Origin: a virus
DNA: 64,000 nt
IMG/VR virus record: IMGVR_UViG_3300044846_005309
Location: 32,001 to 96,000 of that record
Direction: 5' to 3' (one strand)
Positions 38,996-48,688 of the stretch are shown in pieces. The notes beneath the pieces are model-generated. The model was not told where the DNA came from, made no database searches, and saw only the letters and a list, made by a program, of their open reading frames with translations. Each line of letters starts with the position of its first letter. Position 1 is the stretch's first letter. Made by a program: the position numbers and the translations under genes.

Positions 38996-39907
38996 GTGGA
39001 TCCAAAGAAGATATTTGTTTTTACAGACTCCGACTTAGACGGAGCGGCCAGTCTTTTAACCTTACACTGGGCTCTAAAAGCCAACCCTGGCGATATAAAA
39101 TTCCATACAGTTACAGTTTCAAATTTTAGAAAAGAATTTTTACTTTGGGCAGCAGAGAACAGTATAGAGAACTACGATGCGGTATATTTTTTGGATCTAG
39201 ATACAAGTACAAGTTTTGACTTAATTGATAGCAAAAAGTCTATTATTATAGATCACCACGAAACACACGATACAAGCAAATATAAAAATGCTACAACTAA
39301 TGTTGTGGTTACGTCCTCTTGTGCGAAGTTACTCTATTTACATTTTAAAGACAAACTAACGTCTTTAAATAACGAGCAAAAATATTTAATAGCGTTAGCT
39401 AATGACTATGACAGTTATGCCTTTAAACTGCCTGAGTCATATAATCTTAACTGTGCCTTTTCAAACTCTCAAAAAACACTAGGTAAGAACAAGACCTACA
39501 AATTTTTAGAACGTTTTTATAATGGTTTTACCGGGTTTACCTCATTAGAAAACAATATTATAAAAGAATATGTAACCGGTAGAGATGCAGCTATATCTAC
39601 TTTACAAATCTATTCAGGCAATGTACCTATAAGCAAGCAAAACTTACAGATTACCGGGACAATGGGTACCAAATATATAAACGATATTTGCGACCATCTT
39701 CTTAAAACTTATAATTCAGATATCGTATTTTTTGTTAACACAAATAGTTCTCACGTTTCTTTTAGAAAAAAGAAAACTTGTAATGTAAATTTAGCTAAAC
39801 TAGCTGAGTTTTTATGTGGTGGTGGCGGCCACGAATACGCAGCTGGTGGAAAGATCACGGAAAAATTTATGAATTTTTCTAAACAATTGTCCCTAATTAC
39901 AGCTTAA
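38996..39907 (+). CDS. DHH/DHHA1 phosphoesterase
   Basis: DSDLDG, DHH, GGGHEYAAG. Confidence 0.88.
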   Translation: MDPKKIFVFTDSDLDGAASLLTLHWALKANPGDIKFHTVTVSNFRKEFLLWAAENSIENYDAVYFLDLDTSTSFDLIDSKKSIIIDHHETHDTSKYKNATTNVVVTSSCAKLLYLHFKDKLTSLNNEQKYLIALANDYDSYAFKLPESYNLNCAFSNSQKTLGKNKTYKFLERFYNGFTGFTSLENNIIKEYVTGRDAAISTLQIYSGNVPISKQNLQITGTMGTKYINDICDHLLKTYNSDIVFFVNTNSSHVSFRKKKTCNVNLAKLAEFLCGGGGHEYAAGGKITEKFMNFSKQLSLITA

Positions 39908-39908
39908 C

Positions 39909-40205
39909 ATGTCTGGAGTAATTGGAGCATTAGAACAAGCTGTTGTAGATAATCCTTTAGATAGTCTAACTAAGGATGAAACAGAATATGAAATTTTAAA
40001 ATTTTGTTCTTTTTGCTCTATATTGCATAACAAAAAATTAAACAACGTCACCGTGTTCACTCTTATTGTCAAGAACAATATCTACAAAAAGATATTCATG
40101 AAACTAATACAAGTTGACAATGAAAAAGAAGCGTTTATTGTGTTTTTAAAGTATAATTCAAATTTATGCCGTAGCAAAGTTGTACGAGAGGTATTAAAAT
40201 CATGA
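39909..40205 (+). CDS. hypothetical protein
   Basis: 98-aa ORF in the replication operon. Confidence 0.55.
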   Translation: MSGVIGALEQAVVDNPLDSLTKDETEYEILKFCSFCSILHNKKLNNVTVFTLIVKNNIYKKIFMKLIQVDNEKEAFIVFLKYNSNLCRSKVVREVLKS

Positions 40206-40211
40206 AGGCTA

Positions 40212-40853
40212 ATGAACGCACCTTACATTTACAATACCTACTTAAGCGTATCGCGAGGGCTTCAGAACAAGCCATGGCGTGCTCGTAAAGATTTTGACGG
40301 GTTTGATATTACAATCGACGGAGTAGCTTGTAAAAAATTAGAACTTTTTTTCAAGAAATTTCCGCAGATAGACGTAAAAGAGTTTTTTAATGCTCCTTAT
40401 CTCATCTATAAAGACGAGCAGCATTTTCCTTTAAAATTTTACACAACCCAGAAAGCAATCGCGGTATATTCAGCAGTACAAAAGCAAAAATTAGAAGAAT
40501 CCCCTGACACTCAAAATCAGATTGATAATATTAAGAAAAGCCTCAAACATATTGGGTTGACATGTTTAGAGCGTAAAATAGCCTTCGATAGATACTGCTT
40601 CGAGAAAAACGGATACACGTATACCCCGATTATTGATTACAGTAATAAACTAATTAACATTTACGTACTGATTAAGTTGCCTTCTTTCGATAGTATGATA
40701 AACTCTTTTAACCTTCAAGATAAGGAGCTTTACCTAAAAAACATACACAATAGCATTGGTAAGTTTAAACTGCGATTGAATATGTCTACTAGAGCAAAGA
40801 ACCTAATTGACGAAGGTTTCAAAATACTAACCAAAAATACTCAAAATTACTAA
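40212..40853 (+). CDS. hypothetical protein, possible gp59-like helicase loader
   Basis: 213 aa directly upstream of gp32, as gp59 is in T4; only positional and size support. Confidence 0.4.
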   Translation: MNAPYIYNTYLSVSRGLQNKPWRARKDFDGFDITIDGVACKKLELFFKKFPQIDVKEFFNAPYLIYKDEQHFPLKFYTTQKAIAVYSAVQKQKLEESPDTQNQIDNIKKSLKHIGLTCLERKIAFDRYCFEKNGYTYTPIIDYSNKLINIYVLIKLPSFDSMINSFNLQDKELYLKNIHNSIGKFKLRLNMSTRAKNLIDEGFKILTKNTQNY

Positions 40854-40855
40854 TT

Positions 40856-41800
40856 ATGAAACCTACATTTAATACCAATATGTTCGAAAGCATTAAGAGC
40901 GCGCTCGAAAATGCTAAAAATAAGCAAGGAGACGGCGCTAGTTATAAGAATATTCTGCAAATTGCAGCACCTGCTACTTACGTGGTGCGTTTGCTTCCTA
41001 ACGTTAAGAACCCTGCTGAGACGTTTTTGCATTATTATCATCACGGCTGGAATAGTATCTCCACTGGCAAGTACTTTAGTGTAACTTCTCCGTCGACTTG
41101 GGGAGAGCGGTGCCCTGTAAGCGAGCTTTACTTTAAGATCCTTCGCGAGGGCAGTGATGAAGAGAAGAACCGTGCTAAGGAACATCTTAAGCGTAAGGAA
41201 AACTGGATGGTTAATGTTTATGTTGTAAGCGATCCCAAAAACCCTGATAATAATGGTACTGTTAAGGTTCTTCGTTATGGCCGCCAACTCAATAAGATTA
41301 TTGAAGCGGCTATCAATGGAGATGATGCGGCGGAGTACGGCGCTAAGATTTTTGATCTTAGCGAGAATGGATGCAGTCTACGTATTAAAGCTGAGCTTGT
41401 TTCGGACAAGCCAGGTGCCCCTAAGTACCCTACGTATACCGCGTCTAAGTTTCTTAGCCCTGCTGCTATCGATGGTATTGATGAAGACAAGATCAATGAG
41501 GTCTATAATAACATCTACGATCTACAGACCTTTTTGGATCACAAATCAGCTGATGAGTTGAAAGAGGTTATTAATGTACACTTCTACGGTCAGGAGGCTG
41601 CTGCAGCGGCACCAGCGCCTGAGGTTAAGGCTACAGAAGACGTAGAGGAAGATGTCCCTTATGAAGCTCCTAAGCCTGTTGTTAAGCCTGTAGCAGCTAC
41701 TCCCAGTCCAGTTAAGGCTGCCCCTAAGACTGAAGTAAAGAGCACTAAGTCGAATGATGAAGCAGTAATGGCTATTCTCAACGGCTTGGAAGATCTTTAA
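40856..41800 (+). CDS. single-stranded DNA-binding protein (T4 gp32-like)
   Basis: VRLLP, HGW, TWGERCPV, NVYVVSDPKNPDNNG.VK...YG, IFD...G, Y..SKF, acidic tail. Confidence 0.9.
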   Translation: MKPTFNTNMFESIKSALENAKNKQGDGASYKNILQIAAPATYVVRLLPNVKNPAETFLHYYHHGWNSISTGKYFSVTSPSTWGERCPVSELYFKILREGSDEEKNRAKEHLKRKENWMVNVYVVSDPKNPDNNGTVKVLRYGRQLNKIIEAAINGDDAAEYGAKIFDLSENGCSLRIKAELVSDKPGAPKYPTYTASKFLSPAAIDGIDEDKINEVYNNIYDLQTFLDHKSADELKEVINVHFYGQEAAAAAPAPEVKATEDVEEDVPYEAPKPVVKPVAATPSPVKAAPKTEVKSTKSNDEAVMAILNGLEDL

Positions 41801-41803
41801 GAT

Positions 41804-42331
41804 ATGACTGAACAGCAAAGAAGAGAACAAATTATGAAAATGAGGCAGCAGGCGCAAGGGCCTGCTGCGCCCTCTCTTTCTGATGCTGATGCTATGAAAA
41901 TGGCAGGCAGCACCAACGGGCTCACGCAAGAGCAAATGATTGCTATTGCTATGTTTGGCAAAGTGGTGCAAAATGATGTAAACACAATTAAAAAAGCTGG
42001 ATTGGGTGATATGAAAGTCAGTGATGTGGATATGTCTAAAGTCATGCCTTCAGGTATTGCTAAAGCTGCCGGTATGGTTATTCCTCAAATACCGGCAGCT
42101 ATGCCTGTTAATCCGCCTGTAGTACCAGTAATGCCGCAAATGGCTTTACCTTTAGTGAGTCAGCCTGTTGCAGCTAATTCCGACTCTCAATTAGAGTTTA
42201 ATTTTGACAAAAAAGCTCGTTACGAAGATATTATTGAACATATTGAAAAACTAGAAAAAAAGCTTATTATGGTTAATGAAAAGCTTGATCTTCTTCTAGA
42301 AGATAAAAAAAAATTAGTAACGAACCCATAA
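41804..42331 (+). CDS. hypothetical protein
   Basis: 175 aa, Pro-rich middle, coiled C-terminus. Confidence 0.6.
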   Translation: MTEQQRREQIMKMRQQAQGPAAPSLSDADAMKMAGSTNGLTQEQMIAIAMFGKVVQNDVNTIKKAGLGDMKVSDVDMSKVMPSGIAKAAGMVIPQIPAAMPVNPPVVPVMPQMALPLVSQPVAANSDSQLEFNFDKKARYEDIIEHIEKLEKKLIMVNEKLDLLLEDKKKLVTNP

Positions 42332-42332
42332 T

Positions 42333-43067
42333 ATGGAACTTAAACTGGTTAAGAAAGATTTTGCAGATAACTTCTTAAATGTTATTAGCAAAACAGTCGA
42401 CATTGCTTCTATTAAAGCAAATTCAAACGGTATTTATACGGTTTGTAATAAACCCGATACTAGTATTATCCTTCTTGGCAAATACAATACTCCCTTAGAT
42501 CTTACTGAAGAGGTTACTCTTAATATAGGAGATATTAAAAAACTATTAAGAGTGGTAGATTGTATTGAAGACGAAAATGTTGTATTTAAGATTAATAGTA
42601 ATAATCTTACCTACAAATCCCCCAGTGTCCAGTTTAAGTACCACTTTTTAGATGATTCTATTGTACCTAAAGTTTCTCTTAAAAAAGAGAAAATAGAAAA
42701 TCTAGAGCTTGATACTTTCTTTGATCTTGACTATAAAAAGTTTCAAGAGATTCTTAAGGCTAGTTCATTTACTACTGATACTAATAAAATTTATATTTTC
42801 GGTCAACCTGATGGTTGCTATTGCGAACTAGGAGACAAAGAAAAAAGCAATACCGATAGCATTGTACTTAAGATTTGTGATACAATAGAAGGACAGCCTT
42901 TGTCTCACGTAATACCGTTTAATCTTGATATTTTTAGAGTGATATCTGGTATACGCTTCGAGAGAGCGCGTATCGGTATTAATCTTAAGTTTAAAGTGCT
43001 TTCTTTTTTTATTAAACCAACTAACGAGACAGAATTTAAATTTATTATTTCGGGTCTAGTTAAGTAA
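42333..43067 (+). CDS. sliding clamp (T4 gp45/PCNA-like)
   Basis: 244 aa, 'IGDIKKLL...FKYHFLDD...ILKASS' alternating alpha/beta; replication operon. Confidence 0.7.
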   Translation: MELKLVKKDFADNFLNVISKTVDIASIKANSNGIYTVCNKPDTSIILLGKYNTPLDLTEEVTLNIGDIKKLLRVVDCIEDENVVFKINSNNLTYKSPSVQFKYHFLDDSIVPKVSLKKEKIENLELDTFFDLDYKKFQEILKASSFTTDTNKIYIFGQPDGCYCELGDKEKSNTDSIVLKICDTIEGQPLSHVIPFNLDIFRVISGIRFERARIGINLKFKVLSFFIKPTNETEFKFIISGLVK

Positions 43068-43405
43068 TGGCTAATAAAATTACAACACAGAGTTATTTTA
43101 TAAAACGACTTAAAGATAGCGGTTATGTCGTTTATAAAATATTTGACGAGTATAATGAAGCTGATCCCCGCTCGTGGACTGTTATGATTGATCCAGGTAA
43201 TGCATCTATTTTTTGTACTTGTTACGTGAACGATCAATCTATGTTTGGAGAGACTTATTTTGAAATCTACGATGGTGGTCAATATATACCTGAAAAGTTT
43301 AAGTTGAAGACAGATTCAATTGAGGTTATAATAAGCTATTTAGTTAAACATGGAATCAATAACAAATCAGACAACTACAACAGCAAGTCGAATTCAAACA
43401 TATAA
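43067..43405 (+). CDS. hypothetical protein
   Basis: 112-aa ORF. Confidence 0.6.
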   Translation: MANKITTQSYFIKRLKDSGYVVYKIFDEYNEADPRSWTVMIDPGNASIFCTCYVNDQSMFGETYFEIYDGGQYIPEKFKLKTDSIEVIISYLVKHGINNKSDNYNSKSNSNI

Positions 43406-43415
43406 TTTTACCAAT

Positions 43416-44078
43416 ATGAGCAAAAACGGTCTACAACACCCCCTTCTGCCTACTGCTAATAGTAGTATGCTTGTTAGTGATAGCGAGAAGAAGGAGATTA
43501 TTGAAAAAGCGGCTATAGCTTATGAAGGCTTTCTTGATGCTCTACGCATAGACTGGCGCAACGATGTAAATAGTGCGGACACACCTCGTCGTGTCGCTAA
43601 GTCTTATGTTTGCGATCTTATTAAGGGCTGCTATGAAGGACCCCCTAAGATCACTACATTTCCTTCTGATGGATATGACGGTATTGTAAGTCAAATGAAT
43701 ATCCCGGTTACGTCTATGTGCTCTCATCACCATCTTGCTTTTACTGGTGTAGCGCATGTTGCTTATATCCCTGATAAAAACGGTCAAGTTATTGGACTTT
43801 CTAAATTAAATCGCATTGTTGAACATTATGCACGTAGGCCTCAAATACAAGAAGGACTGACAGTGCAGGTACATAATGCTATTAATGAACTCTGTAAGGG
43901 TAACCAAGGGGTTGCCGTTGTTCTTAAGTGTGCACATACTTGCGCATGCCATCGCGGTGTAAAACATCACGGTTGTTCTATGATCACTTCGAAGCTTTCC
44001 GGTAGTTTTATGAACGAAGGGGCAGCTCGCAAAGAGTTTTACGATTTTATTGCTTCTGCAGAGCGTAGCAGTAAATAA
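43416..44078 (+). CDS. folE: GTP cyclohydrolase I FolE
   Basis: TPRRVAK, SMCSHH, GLSKLNR, ARRPQIQE, HTC...RGV. Confidence 0.95.
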   Translation: MSKNGLQHPLLPTANSSMLVSDSEKKEIIEKAAIAYEGFLDALRIDWRNDVNSADTPRRVAKSYVCDLIKGCYEGPPKITTFPSDGYDGIVSQMNIPVTSMCSHHHLAFTGVAHVAYIPDKNGQVIGLSKLNRIVEHYARRPQIQEGLTVQVHNAINELCKGNQGVAVVLKCAHTCACHRGVKHHGCSMITSKLSGSFMNEGAARKEFYDFIASAERSSK

Positions 44079-44083
44079 TATAA

Positions 44084-44542
44084 ATGGCTGATACAAATAA
44101 AGAAGCAGCTAAGCAAAAAAGCAAAAAACAGTCTAAGAAAAAGACTGTTACTACAAGTATAGCTCAAACTTCAGAGGTAGTAGGGGGGTCTTCTTTGTCG
44201 ACACAAAGTTCCCCTCTTACTGCTACTGGGTTAACTGATAACGATCAAAGACGCTTGCAAGAAATGGTAATGCTTGCAAATATAGAGTATAATAAAATTA
44301 AAAACAAAATAATAAAAGAAAAACGACGGGAAATTGAGTCACTAGACGGCCAAATTAAAGAATTCTTAGGGCCTTACATGCTTATTGGCTATGACTTAAA
44401 TAATAACCCGGTTGAAATTGTATCAGCTAATACTGCCGCAGAAAACGACGCGTTGCTTGAACGTTTTAGAAGGGTAATGTTTAAGATCAATCAAAATATT
44501 ACCAATTCCAATGGCGATGACCCGTTTGGCAACAGTAATTAA
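44084..44542 (+). CDS. hypothetical protein
   Basis: 152-aa ORF. Confidence 0.6.
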   Translation: MADTNKEAAKQKSKKQSKKKTVTTSIAQTSEVVGGSSLSTQSSPLTATGLTDNDQRRLQEMVMLANIEYNKIKNKIIKEKRREIESLDGQIKEFLGPYMLIGYDLNNNPVEIVSANTAAENDALLERFRRVMFKINQNITNSNGDDPFGNSN

Positions 44543-44873
44543 GCACTTAAAGCTCTTTTTCCTTCCAAAACACCGGTTTATATATGTAGTTTTGGAAGGA
44601 AGGCTTAAGGGAGAGTGGTTAGTTAAAGTAAAACAAGAAAAAGACTCGATTATTTTCTTCTCTTTACCCGATAAACATATAAGAACTGTAAAAAAAGCAG
44701 ATTTTGACTGGGGTATTGCAAATAAAATACTAGAACCAGTTGACGTTTTGCCCAAAAGCGTGTACAATGTTTGTATAGCTGAGTATAACCATAAAAAAAC
44801 CAATGTCGACCTCAACAATTCTACTAATCGATGGGAACAACACCTTGCACAGGACGCATTGGGTAGCAAATAA
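44511..44873 (+). CDS. hypothetical protein
   Basis: 120-aa ORF overlapping both neighbours. Confidence 0.45.
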   Translation: MAMTRLATVIKHLKLFFLPKHRFIYVVLEGRLKGEWLVKVKQEKDSIIFFSLPDKHIRTVKKADFDWGIANKILEPVDVLPKSVYNVCIAEYNHKKTNVDLNNSTNRWEQHLAQDALGSK

Positions 44874-45723
44874 CAATGGACGCCAGTTAATTAATTCAAA
44901 AGGGGAAAATGTTGGTTGTCTTTTCACTTTTTTAAAGACTATTAAGTCTTACGCAGAGCAGTTTAATACAAGTGATATCTACATAGCCTGGGATCGTAAG
45001 CTAACTAACGAGGTTAACTTCAGAAAAGAACTTACCGACGGTAGCTATAAGGGAAACCGTGATCACGAACGTAATAAAAACGTATATGACAGCATGAACC
45101 CTGTTATTGAAGCTACCGCTGCTTTAGGAATTAAAAATATATTCCCTGGTAAGCTAGAAGCTGATGATGTAATTGGATGGCTTGCTAGTAATTTAACCGG
45201 TAAGAAGGTAATAGTAAGCGTGGATAAAGATTTTATCCAACTTATCTCTGAAAACGTAAGCTATTACAACCCTATTAAGAAATTCTTAATAGACGTCAAT
45301 AATTTTTCAGAACACTACGATATGTCCCCTAAAGAATTTCTTTATTATAAAGCTATTATAGGGGATATTTCAGATAATATTACTGGTATTGAAGGTTTTG
45401 GTAAGGTTAAAGGTGTAAAACTTGCAAAAGCATTCGAAGCTAACGACGAAGACACTATAGCACCGTATAAAGAACAGGTTTATAACAATCTTAAACTTAT
45501 AGACTTGACTTATGGGGTTAAATCTTTTCCGGAAGAGGTAAAGCTCTATAATGAGCAGCTTGTTACACTTAAGAACACTCACCCTGAATTCGTTAAATTT
45601 AAAGAAATTTGCGAAAACTATGAGTTTGCATCTATAATTGATAAAATGCCGAGTTGGCAACGAGTTTTTAATCAAAAAAACACTGCGGATGTTTTGACCG
45701 AGTATTTTAAAGTGTTCTCGTAA
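44803..45723 (+). CDS. 5'-3' exonuclease / RNase H (T4 rnh-like)
   Basis: LIDGN, AWD, YKGNR, EADD, SVDKDF.QL, GDISDNI.GI.GFG. Confidence 0.9.
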   Translation: MSTSTILLIDGNNTLHRTHWVANNNGRQLINSKGENVGCLFTFLKTIKSYAEQFNTSDIYIAWDRKLTNEVNFRKELTDGSYKGNRDHERNKNVYDSMNPVIEATAALGIKNIFPGKLEADDVIGWLASNLTGKKVIVSVDKDFIQLISENVSYYNPIKKFLIDVNNFSEHYDMSPKEFLYYKAIIGDISDNITGIEGFGKVKGVKLAKAFEANDEDTIAPYKEQVYNNLKLIDLTYGVKSFPEEVKLYNEQLVTLKNTHPEFVKFKEICENYEFASIIDKMPSWQRVFNQKNTADVLTEYFKVFS

Positions 45724-45732
45724 GTATAGTAT

Positions 45733-45924
45733 ATGTATACTACAGTAGCTCCGCGGCCAGAAACATGCAATACGTGCGGTCAACCATCAGTTCATCCGAA
45801 AGTTATGAAAATAACACGTGGTACGCAGATAGTAACTGAAGCGCATTGGATTTGTTCTAGATGTTCTAATAGATTTAAGATTGGAACCCTAAGTATAGAA
45901 GAGCGTGAAAAGAAGAAAAACTAA
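45733..45924 (+). CDS. small zinc-ribbon protein
   Basis: CNTC...CSRC. Confidence 0.6.
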   Translation: MYTTVAPRPETCNTCGQPSVHPKVMKITRGTQIVTEAHWICSRCSNRFKIGTLSIEEREKKKN

Positions 45925-46303
45925 AAAACTCTTAGACGAAGCTTCGTATTACACTGGAGCCTACAGTGGCCAGCAATCTCCTGAAACAGTTTCAGCGTAT
46001 GAGTTTGCAAAAGATAGTGTTCCTACGCTGAATAAACTAGGAACTCTAAAAGACCAAAAACCTGGCATACCCACTCCACAAGAATTACCGTTTCCAATGC
46101 AAGATTCGGTAAGAGAGCTTGCAGATTTATATTTAAAAGCTCAAGATCTACGTAACAAAGCAAGAAATGCCGAAGCTCTTCCACTTTTTAAGAACAAAAA
46201 AGAAGAACTTGATGTGTTCCGTCGTCAGCTTAACGGTATAATGGTAACTTGCAAGAAATTAGCAGCGCAGTTAGACAACTTTACTCTTGCACCTAAGCAA
46301 TAA
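45905..46303 (+). CDS. hypothetical protein
   Basis: 132-aa ORF. Confidence 0.55.
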   Translation: MKRRKTKKLLDEASYYTGAYSGQQSPETVSAYEFAKDSVPTLNKLGTLKDQKPGIPTPQELPFPMQDSVRELADLYLKAQDLRNKARNAEALPLFKNKKEELDVFRRQLNGIMVTCKKLAAQLDNFTLAPKQ

Positions 46304-46324
46304 GTCTCTTTAATACGCGTCATC

Positions 46325-46750
46325 ATGAATGACTCGTTAAAAGTATTCCTTATATCATCAGTAAAAACAGCATTAATTTCCGGGGTTATTGCAGGAATTG
46401 CGTTTTTACTCAGTGGAAATATTATTGTTTGGTTTGTGGTAGGTATGGCTTCGCAGTATGTACTGTTCTACTTGCTTAATAGCTATCTAGAATATAAAGT
46501 TGTACGGGACTCTCGGGTGTTTCAGCTAAAAGAAGCTGAAATTATGGCGCAAAATACCGTCACAGTAGAATGCGCGTCGTGTAAGAAAGAAAGCGAAGTA
46601 TTAGTTAAGTTTGGACAATCAAATTATTACACCTGCGGTCATTGTGATACAAAAAATTCTATATTTTTATTTGCAGAAACTGCAGTAACAACCGAACCTA
46701 AATACGACTCTACTCCTGCTATCAATACTTCTTCTACAAATGGACTCTAA
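46325..46750 (+). CDS. membrane protein with zinc ribbon
   Basis: two N-terminal TM segments; CASC...CGHC. Confidence 0.6.
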   Translation: MNDSLKVFLISSVKTALISGVIAGIAFLLSGNIIVWFVVGMASQYVLFYLLNSYLEYKVVRDSRVFQLKEAEIMAQNTVTVECASCKKESEVLVKFGQSNYYTCGHCDTKNSIFLFAETAVTTEPKYDSTPAINTSSTNGL

Positions 46751-47033
46751 TACTAATACAAAAAATATTTCGATGTATGAATTTGCCCGCTGGGCTGCAC
46801 TGCTTGAAGCGGTCGATATTATCGCGGAAAAATGTGAAGACCGCGGAATCGATTTTGATAGCCCAGAAGGAATAAAATACATTAAACCTCTCGATATACA
46901 GGATTATGTTAATAACAGAACCGACACTTTGATAATGAAAATTAAAACTGCTCGTAACATTGAAAAGAATCTTATGAGTATCAAACAACTACAAATTGAG
47001 AAACAACTAAAAACCTTAGAAATAACTGAATAA
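46740..47033 (+). CDS. hypothetical protein
   Basis: 97-aa ORF. Confidence 0.55.
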   Translation: MDSNTNTKNISMYEFARWAALLEAVDIIAEKCEDRGIDFDSPEGIKYIKPLDIQDYVNNRTDTLIMKIKTARNIEKNLMSIKQLQIEKQLKTLEITE

Positions 47034-47035
47034 TT

Positions 47036-47233
47036 ATGGCATACTCAGCTAGACAGACTCCTGCAAACGGTATACAAGTGTTTGATGCCTTAACAGGCAC
47101 ACCGCATTTTTATATTTCTACTATAAATCGCAAAGTCCATTCGTTTTTCATAAATGGTAACACACTTACAATTTCATTCGAAAACAACGTAACCGAAATC
47201 TGGGACCTCACTAAACGCTATAAAATTCGATGA
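47036..47233 (+). CDS. hypothetical protein
   Basis: 65-aa ORF. Confidence 0.5.
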   Translation: MAYSARQTPANGIQVFDALTGTPHFYISTINRKVHSFFINGNTLTISFENNVTEIWDLTKRYKIR

Positions 47234-47478
47234 TTAATTCTGGCTATTACATAGTAGATAAATCTATTAAGTATATGAACGCTAGAAACCCTCTAGAAGA
47301 AGGGCTTTTCTATGACGGAGACAAGAACTGGTCTCGTAACCCCAATCACGCTAAGGTTTACGGTACAGCTGAATTGGCAATAGAAAAAGCACGGGATTTA
47401 CAGAAGGAGGGGCCCGTTAAAGTGCTATATATCGAAATTAACGGTACTAACGTAGGAGTAGGAGAGATCCAATTCTAG
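47230..47478 (+). CDS. hypothetical protein
   Basis: 82-aa ORF. Confidence 0.5.
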   Translation: MINSGYYIVDKSIKYMNARNPLEEGLFYDGDKNWSRNPNHAKVYGTAELAIEKARDLQKEGPVKVLYIEINGTNVGVGEIQF

Positions 47479-47494
47479 TTTCATAAGTATCTGC

Positions 47495-47857
47495 ATGAAG
47501 ATAGTTGTACCTTTAGTACAGTTCCAACAGCAACTCAGGATATTTCATTGGCAAACCGAGAGTTACGCTCAACATAAAGCTTTAGGTAAAGCATATGAAG
47601 CCCTTGATGCCTTAATAGATGGTTTTGTTGAGACGTTTATGGGCAAATACGGGCGCTTGAAATCGACCGAAGGCAACTATACTATTACTCTTAACAATCT
47701 AGAAGGTAATGATATTAATAAAACTATTGATGAATTTATCACTTATCTAGAAACGTACGAGAGCGAACTTGAAGAAAGTGATACTGATCTTTTCAACATT
47801 AGAGATGAAATGAAAGGTCAATGTAACACGTTAAAGTATCTATTGACATTAAAATAA
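47495..47857 (+). CDS. ferritin/Dps-like four-helix protein (DUF5856-like)
   Basis: HWQT.SYAQHKAL...YE.L..LID.FVE..MGKYGR...L.NIRDE...KYLLTL. Confidence 0.75.
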   Translation: MKIVVPLVQFQQQLRIFHWQTESYAQHKALGKAYEALDALIDGFVETFMGKYGRLKSTEGNYTITLNNLEGNDINKTIDEFITYLETYESELEESDTDLFNIRDEMKGQCNTLKYLLTLK

Positions 47858-47906
47858 TAATTTAAGCTTGCTTTTGAGCCAAAATAGCTCAAAATGAATA
47901 GCTTAA

Positions 47907-48488
47907 ATGAAAGTTGTACAGCCAGACGCTAAAACTAGTCTTCTTCTCAACCGTAACTACCAAGCTTTTGCTTTTTGTTCGGCTAGAGCGGCGATCCGTC
48001 ATTTTATGACTGGTAAAGTAAAAGGGCTAGATGCAGAAAACAATACTCACGAATTTGATACCTGGTCCACTCCTTATGTTCAACTTCATGCAGATCAGCC
48101 CGCTCTACGTAGTGCAAGTCAAACATGGGCTATACCTACTGTTTTAGTTTGTACCAATCATTTCGGTTTTCACCCTCGCAAAGGAGACAACGTTTCGCTA
48201 AAAAATCTTTTTAATATCTATAAAGGTACTTGCCAGTTTTGTTTAAAGCCGATACCATTCAGTCATGCTACTAAGGACCACCTTTATCCAAAATCTAAAG
48301 GCGGTACTAATCACGATTTTAATATGGTTCTAGCATGCCGTAAATGTAATAGCGAGAAAGATAACATCTTTCCTTACTATGATATTAACGGTAACGAGGT
48401 AAAACCACGTAAGTTAATGCATTCCGGTGTGTTCATTCCAGATATCCAAGATGTTAGAGAAGAATGGAAACCTTTCCTTTATATGTAA
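47907..48488 (+). CDS. HNH endonuclease (McrA-like)
   Basis: LLLN..Y, CQFC, T.DHLYPKSKGG, N.VLAC.KCN..K. Confidence 0.88.
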   Translation: MKVVQPDAKTSLLLNRNYQAFAFCSARAAIRHFMTGKVKGLDAENNTHEFDTWSTPYVQLHADQPALRSASQTWAIPTVLVCTNHFGFHPRKGDNVSLKNLFNIYKGTCQFCLKPIPFSHATKDHLYPKSKGGTNHDFNMVLACRKCNSEKDNIFPYYDINGNEVKPRKLMHSGVFIPDIQDVREEWKPFLYM

Positions 48489-48496
48489 AAAAGTGC

Positions 48497-48524
48497 TTGA
48501 CTTTAAGAGAAAAAGTACCATTAT
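48497..48524 (+). promoter_or_regulatory. tRNA-array promoter 1
   Basis: TTGACT-N16-CATTAT with GTAC before the -10; same architecture recurs at 55815, 56135 and 57571. Confidence 0.7.
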
Positions 48525-48544
48525 ATGTAAATATTAAATAACAA

Positions 48545-48631
48545 ATGATCAAATCCATAACCAGTTCAACAATTAATCCAGCACAATGCGATACATTCGC
48601 CTGGGTTCATTATGAACTGGGCAGGGTTTAA
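48545..48631 (+). CDS. putative attenuator leader peptide MIKSITSSTINPAQCDTFAWVHYELGRV (all 20 amino acids)
   Basis: ATG ~20 nt after promoter 1; 28 codons, 26 distinct; stop codon lies inside the antiterminator arm. Confidence 0.75.
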   Translation: MIKSITSSTINPAQCDTFAWVHYELGRV

Positions 48632-48688
48632 AGCAAATTTTCTAACGAAAAACTTTAAACCCTAGGCCTTAAAAACCTAGGGTTTTTT
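48623..48688 (+). terminator. attenuator: antiterminator (48623-48633/48653-48663) competing with intrinsic terminator (48657-48666/48676-48685 plus U run)
   Basis: AGGGTTTAAAG pairs perfectly with CTTTAAACCCT; AAACCCTAGG pairs with CCTAGGGTTT followed by TTT; the two helices share 48657-48663. Confidence 0.8.
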
